NCBI RefSeq assembly: GCF_004010195.1
Contig: NC_057718.1
Coordinates: 69,316,616-69,336,615, forward strand
DNA from: Chiloscyllium plagiosum
Lineage: Eukaryota
Length of the DNA stretch: 20,000 bases
Reading direction: 5' to 3'
The notes beneath the pieces are model-generated. The model made no database searches. It was not told the DNA's origin and saw nothing but the letters and a program-made list of their open reading frames with translations. Within the stretch, counting starts at the first letter, position 1, and the number at the start of each line of letters is the position of its first letter. Made by a program: the position numbers and the translations under genes. Positions 1 through 8,967 of the stretch are shown piece after piece.

Positions 1-128
1 ATAGGAAGGGTTTGGAGGGATATGGGCCGGGTGCTGGCAGGTGGGACTAGATTGGGTTGGGATATCAGGTCAGCATGGACAGGTTGGACCGAAGGGTCTG
101 TTTCCATGCTGTACACCTCTATGACTCT
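1..128 (+). mobile_element. CR1 LINE 3' end (CTATGACT-tail family), cut by the window edge
   Basis: End of ORF2 (..RKGLEGYGPGAGRWD*), 3' stem-loop GGACCGAAGGGTCT and tail CTCTATGACTCT. Nearly identical to 18015-18146. Confidence 0.9.
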
Positions 129-195
129 GGAAATGTCTCAGATTTGGAATTTTGGCAACACATCAAAACGAGGCCAGTGCCACCGAATTGCATTA

Positions 196-358
196 ATTTA
201 AAGTCATCAGATGATTATATGAATCAGAAAGGCTTAGAGGAATATGAGCCAAGTGCTGCAAATGAGACTAGATTAGGTTGAGATATCTGGTTGACATGGA
301 CGAGTTGGACTCAAGGGTCAGTTTTTGTGCTGTACATCGGTATGACTTTATGACTCTA
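196..358 (+). mobile_element. Older CR1 LINE 3' end fragment
   Basis: Translates as ..DDYMNQKGLEEYEPSA.. (compare DGYMNRKGLEGYG), with the same 3' UTR and tail TATGACTTTATGACTCTA. Confidence 0.85.
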
Positions 359-365
359 AATTACC

Positions 366-507
366 AGGAGAAAGTGAGGACTGCAGATGCTGGAGTTCAG
401 AGTCAAGAGTGTGGTGCTGCAAAAGAATAGCAGGTCAGACAACATCCGAGGAGCAGGAGAATCGACATTTCTGGCATAAGCCCTTCATCAGGAATGAGGC
501 TTGTGGG
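366..507 (-). mobile_element. Penelope-like element terminal (pLTR) fragment
   Basis: GAGAAAGTGAGGACTGCAGATGCTGGAG..CAGAGTC..CAGGTCAG..CATCCGAGGAGCAGGAGAATCGAC..CCCTTCATCAGGAATGAGG is the shark Penelope terminus as I recall it. A related copy lies at 13067-13165. Confidence 0.75.
461..492 (-). ncRNA. Degenerate minimal hammerhead ribozyme core of the Penelope terminus
   Basis: The minus strand reads C-CTGATGA-AGGGCTTATGCCA-GAAA-TGTCGAT: CUGAUGA box (485-491), short stem II GGC/TTAT/GCC, GAAA box (468-471). Confidence 0.6.
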
Positions 508-511
508 CCGT

Positions 512-1278
512 TGTTTTAAAAAATTCTTAAGGTCAAGGACCAGGCTCGCAGGAAAGTAGTCTGACACAGAACAAACAGCCAAGAGGCGAGTCTGCTAGAA
601 TATAGTTTTATTCCCCGCAGTGTCCCCACAACCAGTCTCGTACTTACAACGGGTCTGGCTTATACTCACTCTACATGTTACCAAAACTGGGAGCCGTCAG
701 TTCTCGTAGAGCGGTTGCCAACAACCCACGCTCGGCGGTTAAACGTAACCCCGGAGCAGACTCTACCGAACTGGAGACTTCTCCAGCTGATTTACCCTTT
801 TCCAGATATAAACATTCATGTGAACAGCAGAGCAAGGCTAAAAAACACATTCCATTCTGGTTACATACAGATAAGAAGATTCACACAGGAAGGTGTATAA
901 CAAGATTCACACGGGACTAAGCGACACCTTCCATTTTCGGTTAGATTCACACATGTATTGGGACACAATTTTAACCCTTTCACCACACGGTGAGAGAGAG
1001 ACTCATAGAAACCCGGGGCTGCGCGCTCAGGAATCGACACGCGCTCCGTCTGTAACTAACCCCGACCCCCCGCCCAGGTTGACCCGCGGGGCGAGGGTTC
1101 GACTTACAGGGAGTGGGCTCCCCGACTGGGAGATTAATAAGCCAATGCCAACAACATCCCTTAGCATGCCTGCTAGCTTTACTTTAAATTAGCTTCTGTT
1201 AAGTTACACCCGCTGAGCCCCTACCATGGGTGGGAGCGCGGCCGAAGACCTAGATTGGGTGCCAGAGGGTTCCCTTAC
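512..1278 (-). mobile_element. Putative solo LTR (~767 bp), family unknown
   Basis: Plus strand TGTTTT...CCCTTAC (terminal A missing; minus-strand start (T)GTAAGGG). Flanked by CCGT at 508-511 and 1279-1282. Minus-strand AATAAA at 607-612 and TATAAG at ~659-664. Internal repeats of AGATTCACAC at ~877, ~903, ~943. Confidence 0.6.
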
Positions 1279-1799
1279 CCGTCTCCAAGTCTCAGGTATT
1301 GAGAATGCCAGACTATAATTTTTTTTTGCTTTAAATTAGTTACTTGAGTCCAATAGTTGGAAACTAAAGGTTAGCTAATGACCATTTCTATCTGGCTGGA
1401 TACAAGAAGACTCATATGATTCATGCTGCCATGGAGATTGACCTTGACAGAGGAGGGGTCTACAAAAAGCCATTTGTAGGGCTGGGTTATTGGCTTTCCA
1501 AAAGATATCCCAGAAGTTCACAAGTTAATCTGACAGAATCGAAGAGGAAGCCAAATAGCAAAGTTAACAAGAACAAATTTCTATGTTTACCTTGCGGGAA
1601 TGCAGATGGAACCTCATGCTCAAATTGGAAAGGCCAAATTTTTAAGGATTTGAAATGAGGCTGCAAGATTTGCTTAACTTGAGCTGGGGAGATAATGTCC
1701 AGGAAGCTGCTGGAAAGGAAGACTATTGGCAAAAATATGACAGAACAATTAGAATTTGAGCATGAATTCCACATTGATTAGACCCAAATACTCCATACA

Positions 1800-1975
1800 A
1801 TGAAGGTGATGAAGGGTGATTTAATTGGATTGTTTAAGATAACTAAAAGAGTTGAAAGGGCAGACAGAGAAAAATGATTTCCTCTGGCAGGAGAATCAAG
1901 AGCAAGACTGTGTAAAATTAAAGCCAGACAACATAAGGATAATGTCAGGAATCATTTCTTCACACAAAGAGTAGA
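1800..1975 (+). mobile_element. Old, degenerate CR1 ORF2 C-terminal fragment
   Basis: Translates as KGDLIGLFKITKRVERADREK*FPLAGESRAR..VRNHFFTQRV, matching the CR1 motif GDLIEVYKI..FP..ESRT..FFTQRV. Confidence 0.75.
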
Positions 1976-2035
1976 AGAAACCCTAACCTTCCACTTTGTA
2001 AAAAGCCTTGGACCCTGCAGGTCAATTCAAAATGT

Positions 2036-2662
2036 TTAGACTCAGACCAGGGCACGCACTTCACCGGACGCGCAATGAAACTGGCCTGCCGCCTCCTAGG
2101 CATCAGACAGCACTTCCACGTCCCGTTCCATCCCCAGAGCTCCGCGATGGTCGAACGCATGAACCGGACCCTCAAAGCGGCGATCGTGAGGGCGATCGTC
2201 GAAACAGGGCAGGGCTCGGTGGACGTTCTGCCCTGCATACTGAGGCGCTTAAGGGCCACCCCAGGCCGCTCCACTGGCATCACTCCCTTCGAGCTCATGA
2301 CGGGGAGGGCCATGTGACTACCAGAGAACGTCATGGTCGGGGGGGGAGACATGGCCCCCCTGAGGGACAGGGTGACGCGCTATATCAGGCAGCTGGACAC
2401 GCAGCTGCGGGCCCTTAGACAAATCGCGTGCGACCAGCAGGACATTAGGGACCAGGCAAAACTGCAGCCGCATCTGCCCGCCCAACCCCTTCCCGGCGTT
2501 GGGGACAAAGTCCTGGTCAGGGCCAACCCCGACCGGCCCAGCTTCACCCCCTGGTGGCTGGGACCACACGAAATCATCCTCACCAGCGACACGTGCGCCT
2601 GTGTCGACATGAAGGGAAAGGGCAGGTGGAAACACTGGTCCCAGCTTAAAACCTACCCTTAA
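2036..2662 (+). pseudogene. pol: Retroviral integrase (pol 3' end), one premature stop
   Basis: One frame reads LDSDQGTHFTG..FHVPFHPQSSAMVERMNRTLK..RATPGRSTGITPFELMTGRAM*LPE..GDKVLVR..WWLGPHEII..WKHWSQLKTYP*. It contains the second D and the E of DDE and a WxGP C-terminal domain. The TGA at 2315-2317 is probably CGA>TGA. Confidence 0.93.
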
Positions 2663-2707
2663 GCCCCGACCGGACAGACTCTCCTCACCTCCCCCCTTTT
2701 GACTTGA

Positions 2708-2828
2708 CTCTAACCGCCCCTCTTTCTCCTTACAGTGCAGCGGGTGGAGCGGTTCCAGGGAGACCTGCTCCTACACACACTAACCCTACACCCTTGGTAA
2801 GGGTGCCTCTCTCCCTCTCTTCCCACAG
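2708..2828 (+). promoter_or_regulatory. Two tandem 3' splice acceptors upstream of env
   Basis: Branch CTCTAAC 2708-2714 + pyrimidine tract + TACAG ending 2735. Branch CACTAAC 2778-2784 + CTCTCTCCCTCTCTTCCCACAG ending 2828, 3 nt before the env ATG at 2832. Confidence 0.7.
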
Positions 2829-2831
2829 ATC

Positions 2832-4610
2832 ATGCTTCACCGGTGCACCGCTCTCCTCCTCTTCGCCCTACGACTAGTGCCTTCCTTCCCCGTATTCTGT
2901 ATTCCTGCAAGGGACAAACCCGATGTGATCGACGCGTTCTACAATGCCTGGCTGGAAGTTCTCCCGGGCGTACAGACACTCTGTTTATTCTGCACGTCNN
3001 NNNNNNNNNNNNNNNNNNNNNNNNNNNNNNNNNNNNNNNNNNNNNNNNNNNNNNNNNNNNNNNNNNNNNNNNNNNNNNNNNNNNNNNNNNNNNNNNNNNN
3101 NNNNNNNNNNNNNNNNNNNNNNNNNNNNNNNNNNNNNNNNNNNNNNNNNNNNNNNNNNNNNNNNNNNNNNNNNNNNNNNNNNNNNNNNNNNNNNNNNNNN
3201 NNNNNNNNNNNNNNNNNNNNNNNNNNNNNNNNNNNNNNNNNNNNNNNNNNNNNNNNNNNNNNNNNNNNNNNNNNNNNNNNNNNNNNNNNNNNNNNNNNNN
3301 NNNNNNNNNNNNNNNNNNNNNNNNNNNNNNNNNNNNNNNNNNNNNNNNNNNNNNNNNNNNNNNNNNNNNNNNNNNNNNNNNNNNNNNNNNNNNNNNNNNN
3401 NNNNNNNNNNNNNNNNNNNNNNNNNNAGAGGGAGCATACATCCAGCTCGACGGCATTGCAGTCCTGGAAACACACGCCCACACCATTAACCGCCTTATAG
3501 ACCGGGCCATGCGTATGGCCTGTGGATGGTAGCCCAGATCCGGCATAATCTTGACCAGATCCAAAGGGGGGAGGTGCCCGATTGGATCGACAGTGCCAAA
3601 CTGGCCTCACTCGCGGGGCGCTCCGGGCCGCTCGACAGCCGGACTCTGAAGGGTATGACCAGAGTATACCCAGTGATGCCTGACTTTGAGGTCAGTGAGG
3701 CGACAGGAGTCGGGATTGTCCTCCTGATCCCCGTGGTCACCCCAGAGTCGGGACCATTTCCCCTGTTTCACATTGAGAACATAGGAGTCATACGCTTCCA
3801 TCAAATATCGATTAGCTCACCACACAGCCATTTCTCGAAACGGCGCTGTGTACGGGGTGCCGCTTACAGGCTGCAAGCAGCAGGGGGCAATTACCATCTG
3901 CCCTCACCCCTTACGAAGGAGTGAAACAGCAGACTGCAGGTTCAACCAGACACAGGGCTGCATCCTTAAAATCGAACCCACGGGCTCCCACTTCACTAGG
4001 GCGGGGTATGGTGGGGGGGACGATATTGTGTCTCCACTCTTGAAACCTCATTTTGGTATAATGGATTGCAGTGCCTTATTCCCCAGCACGAGTTCTGCTT
4101 CACCCCCAGGCGCCCAGTCACGGTTGGGCAAGCTCACATCTCAGAGGTCCGACGACGGAACCCTGAGTCCACACAAACTACTGATAAATTCAGGGACACC
4201 CTCAGGGAATATCAGGAGTCCGAACAAGCCCCCATCCCACATTTGGCTGAGGTCTTATGGGAGCTTAGGACCCGGATAGGACACTCAGTGAAATTGTATC
4301 ACCAGTTGCAGTCGCATGTAAAGGACCTAGAGAAGGGCACAGACACAGCTCTGCAGTCCCTGGGGTGGGCACAGAGGGTGTGGGATTGGGGCCTGAACGT
4401 AAACATCCATCCATGGATCCGAATCATCTCGCACACCATTGTAGGCATACAGTTACTGCTGGCTCTGGCCTGGCTCTGGCCTGGCTCCTGCTGGCGTGTC
4501 ATTCATGCCGCCAGCACAAGAAACGAAAGGCCAGGAAGACCATGCTCCACGCCATTGACTCCTGGCGGGCGATCAGGCACTGTGAGCCCACAGGGCTCGA
4601 GTTAATGTGA
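2832..4610 (+). pseudogene. env: env pseudogene encoding a paramyxovirus/Mononegavirales F-like class I fusion glycoprotein (at least 4 frameshifts, N gap inside)
   Basis: Signal peptide MLHRCTALLLFALRLVPS. After the gap: IQLDGIAVLETHAHTINRLIDR.. / VAQIRHNLDQIQRGEVPDWID..IGIVLLIPVV..PLFHIENIGVIR / ASIKYRLAHHTAISRNGAVYGVPLTGCKQQGAITICPHPLRRSETADCRFNQTQGCILKIE..GYGGG / RYCVST..CLIPQHEFCF..heptad LYHQLQSHVKDLEKG..TM WIRIISHTIVGIQLLLALAW / LLLACHSCRQHKKRKARK..LELM*. Frame switches at ~3528, ~3795, G7 4013-4019 and an 11-bp duplication at 4459-4480. Confidence 0.85.
2999..3426. other. Assembly gap inside env
   Basis: Run of N. It probably hides the cleavage site and fusion peptide. Confidence 1.
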
Positions 4611-4733
4611 CCTTCTCCCGGGACTATCCAAAGGCCCCATGACTGCAGCATGACGGCCGGCGAAATGTACCGGGCGAGGAGCTGACTTTTAAAATATCGG
4701 CATCGGGGGTGTGGACGTGTCCAACCCCTTGCC

Positions 4734-4744
4734 GAAAGGGGGGA
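4734..4744 (+). promoter_or_regulatory. Polypurine tract
   Basis: GAAAGGGGGGA followed by C and then the TG that starts the LTR. Confidence 0.85.
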
Positions 4745-4745
4745 C

Positions 4746-5147
4746 TGCAAGCGGGCATCAGAGCCGCCCTGCTTTTGCCATGGGACTATGCCTACATCAG
4801 GAAACTATAAGAATTCATTTTGTGTTTTAAACAGCAGTCGCAGCTTTAAACCCATAGAACTCAGCAGCTGCCGGTCCGGCCACGTGACCGGGAGATAGGA
4901 GACAGAGGACAGATCAAATCCACACTAGACCAACACTATCCATGACTCATAGACCAAAACTCCGGAATTAATTAATATGGAAACCCATCTCCTAATCACA
5001 TCAAGAGACTAACTGAAACACACCCATGGAGAGCAGTCGAGATTCGGACCTCGGTTGGTCTCCGCCGGCGTTACTGTAGCAATAAACGTTACCGATTGTT
5101 GAACCGCACTCTGGGCTCGGACTGATATCATTTCATCCGCGCTAACA
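4746..5147 (+). repeat. 3' LTR of the ERV (402 bp)
   Basis: TGCAAGCG...CGCTAACA imperfect terminal inverted repeat (6/8), directly after the PPT. AATAAA at 5081-5086, E-box CACGTG at 4881-4886. An unrelated LINE begins at 5148. Confidence 0.85.
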
Positions 5148-6215
5148 GTAGCATGGAGGGGAACTTGCAGGTTGTGATGCCTTCCTGGATGGAAGAGGTC
5201 ATGAGTTTGGAAATTACTGTCTAAGGATCTTTGGTGAATTTCTGCAGAGTATTTATAGATAGTACATACTGCTATTATTGAGCATTAGTGATGGAGGCGT
5301 TGTGGGGAAAATCATCAGTCTCGGAGTCAGAATCGGGATTCAACGACAGAGTTTATTGTACAAAGACACCGGAGCTCTGGGGAGAGAGAGAGAGAGACGT
5401 TCAGCAGCACAGCTGTCAGCTGTGAGCCTTCTCTCACCCTTGGAGCACATGCCACAATATTTTATACATTTTATAGTATAATGGTCCAAATATCGAGTTT
5501 TTGTTTGTACAGCATTGTTTGTTTACAGAAAACATTACAGAGTCATTATCAGTTTCAGAGAAATGTTACAAAGTCATTGTCAGTTTCAGCAGCTATATGC
5601 AAGTCCTTTGCTGCAGTAATTGGTCCTGAGAAGGAAGATCATTTTCCATTACTGCAAATCTAAGGTATTAACACTTGCAGGTATTAACACAGCAGTCTCA
5701 GATAGTTAACATTTCTGTTGAAGGTAGTGGCTGGACACTTTGGGGGGCAGTAGACGTTACTGACGTGTATTCTCTCCCCCACTCACCTTAAACTAATTAT
5801 CTATGTTCTGTGTCTATTTTGCCGGTATCCTGTTGGCCTCAGATAGTATGCTTCACTGTACTTTTCAGCTAATGGCTCAGCTGCCATCTAGTGTGCTCAG
5901 TGACAATTTAGGGCTCAGTGGCCATCTTGTGTCTCTGTGCCCTGTGTCAGCATGCCACGTGTCAACACTTACTTCAGAGGGCATGGATGTTTGTGGATAT
6001 GATGCCAATCAAGTGGGCTGCTTTGGTCTGGATGATATCAAGCTTCTTGAGTGTTATTAGAACTGTACTCATCCATGCAAAGTGGGGAGCATTCTATCAC
6101 ACTCCTGACTTTGGGAAATCAGGAGGTGAGTTACTCACTGCAGTATTCCTAGCCTGTGACCTGCTGTTGTAGTGATTGCATTATATGGCAAGTTTCTGCT
6201 CAATGCTAACCTCCA
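5148..6215 (-). mobile_element. CR1/L2-group LINE ORF2 fragment, split by a solo LTR (5298-5976)
   Basis: The minus strand gives VRSVIECSPL..WMSTVLITLKKLDIIQTKAAHLIGI (5985-6110), continuing across the insertion into LHH*CSIIAVCTIYK (5250-5297). Confidence 0.75.
5298..5976 (-). mobile_element. Solo LTR (679 bp) with GAGG target-site duplication
   Basis: CGTTG(=TGTTG)...CTTCA flanked by GAGG at 5294-5297 and 5977-5980. Removing it restores the LINE. Minus-strand TATAAAA 5460-5466 and AATAAA 5352-5357. Enhancer-like repeats at 5527-5589 and AGGTATTAACAC at 5663 and 5679. Confidence 0.8.
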
Positions 6216-6659
6216 TTGGCTTTTAGTTTAGTTTATATTTTAGGAGTTATATGTTGATGTCAGAATGCAGTGTGTGCCTGTATCAGTTTGGAATATGTAT
6301 GGTTGAGTTGATGTCCCCTTTTAAGGAATGATCAGAGGGTGTGTAAAATAAATCCTACTGTTAATTTGGAATTAGTTTCTTAAGGATTTGGTGAAAATTT
6401 ACCTAATGGAATTGGTTGTAATTTTGTGAAACCAGTTGAAGGAAAGAAAGAATTTAAGTTAAAGGCTTAACTTATTTCCTCTCTCTTTAATATGCGATAC
6501 TATCTATGTTGTATTTTGTTTGAGGAAAGAGTCCTGGGTAAATGGTGAGTTTCAAAACCTTTATAATTGCATTATTGTGTTTGGAATTTCAGGTTCTAGC
6601 CAGAAAGAACTTCCAAATATCATTGTAATATGAGTGAATCTTTAGTTCTGGATATTAAG

Positions 6660-6772
6660 ATTAAGATATGGAGGATAGTGGGTTAGTATAGGTTAGGTGG
6701 GCTTGGATCGGCGCAACATCGAGGGCCAAAGGGCCTGTACTGCGCTGTATTCTTCTATGTTCTATGTTCTAT
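6660..6772 (+). mobile_element. Short CR1 3' end (TTCTATG-tail family)
   Basis: GGGCCAAAGGGCCTGTACTGCGCTGTA stem-loop followed by TTCTATGTTCTATGTTCTAT. Confidence 0.85.
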
Positions 6773-7995
6773 TTGCTCATCTTAAATGTTTGTTGATGTG
6801 ACTTGGTGCTTTAAAACTGGAGATAATTTTGGAACAGAATTACCCAACAGCAAAAATCGAAACATGCCAGACAGAAATCTGTGAACAGACAGCAACTGGA
6901 GGTGTTATTTTGCAAGGTAAGGCAGGTAACCTTGACACTGTAGCTGACAACGTTTTCCTAACTGTTCCATCCCCGTGTATTGAGACAAGGTCAATGAGTA
7001 ATGTCACCCACGAGCCAGTAGGGGCAGACAAGTCACAAGTCCTAACAAGGGTTAGGACAAGTCTCTTTACCAAAGCCTTTTGTGAAAATTGGATTGTATC
7101 ACTGAGTTTCCATGGCAGTTTTTGAACTAAATACATGAAAGGCTGACACTACATCACCTGGTGACTTGGGCCCTGCACCTTCTGAGACCAGCAGAGTTAA
7201 CTCTTCGTGTTGGCAGTTTTAAATCTTCTTGCATAACTTCTGTGGGGTGAAATATAATGTTTGAAACTTATTAACCCATTAGGCTTCTTCAAAAGCCACA
7301 GTGGATTTTACCTTTTTGTTTTTTTTTTGAACAGCTTTTCATGAGTACAGCTAGGGAGCTGGAAGTCTTGCAAGATAAAACCTTTGAAAACAGGAAACCC
7401 CTAAACTGAATACAATCACCTAATATTAGAGTGTTTAAAACCACTAAGCCTGGGTGTAATTGTTAGTGAATTTGGGATGAATTAAAATTACTTGATGCAA
7501 GTTGCTAGTTCAAGCTCACAATGGGAAATTCAATTAAAGGGAAAATACAATTAAAAATGTAAGTTTTAATTTAAAACAAGTGGAAACGTTCTAAGTGGTT
7601 TTAGTTTTTATCAGAATAAAATGGACTAGCTTAGGAAGAAATTAGTAGATTACTAATTGAACCTGTTAGCCGTACAACACTGAGGCTGTACACAAAATAA
7701 ACCCTTGAGTCTATTGCTGTCAACTTGAATTTAGAATAATTTTGAAAGATGGAAAGTTGAGTATAAGGAGTTATGTTTGAAAATATAGTAACACCAAACA
7801 AATGAAAATTGGTAATGCTTGAAACCACACAGCAGTAATGTTTATCTCTTTTAAAGCTATTGTGGAAACATGCTTTTTATTTACTTTTCTCCAGAGTCCC
7901 TAAATGGTAATTAATAGCCGTCATACTTTGGAATAAACAAAAACTGACAGTAAAGAAGTGACACAGAATCAAATGGAAATGAGAATATCGCCTTT

Positions 7996-8457
7996 TAGAA
8001 CCATAGAGTATTACAGCACAGAGACAGGCTCTTTGACCCAAACTGATCCATGACGATCAAAATGTCCATCCACACTAACCCCATTTCCCTGCACTTGGCC
8101 TATATCCTTCTAAGCCTTTCCTACCCATGTATTTGTCCAAGTGCCTTTCAAATGTTGTTAATGTACCTACCTCAACCATTTCTGGCCACTCATTCCATTT
8201 GCATACTACTCTGTGTTTTTTAAAAAAAGATTAATTCTCAGGTTCCCTTTTATTCTTTCCCTGCTAACCTTAAACTGATGCCCTCTAGTCCTCAATTCCT
8301 CAACCCTGGGGTAAAAAAAACTGAGCGCATTCATCCTATCCAAGGTTCTCATGATCTATAAGATACCCCTCAATCTCCTATGCTTTAAAGAAAAGGTCCT
8401 AGTTTGGCCAACCTCTCCCTGTAAATCAGACTGTTGAGTACTGGCAACATCCCTTGT
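7996..8457 (-). mobile_element. CR1 3' fragment
   Basis: Reverse complement of the CR1 3' end: TAGAACCATAGA tail, CCCATTTCCCTGCACTTGGCC, TAAGCCTTTCCTACCCATGTATTTGTCCAAGTGCC, through GGCAACATCC. Confidence 0.85.
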
Positions 8458-8967
8458 TATAGTTACGTGGAATATATCCAATGAAATCAAAGTGTAGATA
8501 GAAATATATAGTAAATAGCTTTCTTTTGGAGATATGTACTTTTGCCTGTGAGGTCATTTTTGAAAAAGGGAACTAAATTGGCTGATTTGGCCAGCACCAG
8601 GAACATTGGAATCAGGTGAGGAGGATGCACAGGCACCTTCTGTCGACTTCTGATCATTGGAAAGATTGGCTGAAAGTTAAAAATGTGTGACATAGCCTTG
8701 GGATACTAATGTAAGTGTGTAAAAGTGATTGCAACATTAAGTAATAAGTATGAGAGAATATGTTGCCATTTCTTTGCCATCAGTACCCAGCAGGAAGACA
8801 AAGCAGTGAGACTCATTAGTTTGCATAAAATATACATAAAGTAGTTTACATTGATAGATTTGCTGATTAGTTTGTATAGATATTAAGTGCATTAAGCTAA
8901 CAGATTTGGAAGAGCACATGTCTTATATTTGTTTTGATCAGACTTTAAAAAATCTATTAGGTACTTT

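Larger units (their letters stand above)
2036..5147 (+). mobile_element. 5'-truncated endogenous retrovirus (IN - env - PPT - 3' LTR), lokiretrovirus-like
   Basis: Integrase core and C-terminus, splice acceptors, signal-peptide/TM env with F-like cysteines, PPT and TG..CA LTR, all in canonical order. The block is GC- and CpG-rich against AT-rich flanks. Confidence 0.9.

Noticed and set aside
675..1192. Short ORFs within the first solo LTR
   Set aside because: No recognisable protein features, and they run antisense to the inferred LTR orientation.
512..1278. Candidate 5' LTR of the ERV
   Set aside because: Opposite orientation, has its own TSD, and shows no visible similarity to 4746-5147.
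1960..2635. Antisense and alternative-frame ORFs over the integrase as accessory genes
   Set aside because: Expected in GC-rich coding DNA, with no motifs or independent support.
2830..3610. Six long ORFs spanning the N run
   Set aside because: These are artefacts of N translation. Only the 2832 N-terminus and the post-gap EGAYIQLD frame are meaningful.
1971..5151. GTAG at 1971-1974 and 5148-5151 as the ERV target-site duplication
   Set aside because: There is no 5' LTR after 1974, and the two flanks belong to different LINEs on opposite strands. A 4-bp match is expected by chance.
6829..7136. Overlapping 98-aa ORFs on both strands
   Set aside because: No recognisable motif or convincing splice context, so I cannot support them as exons.
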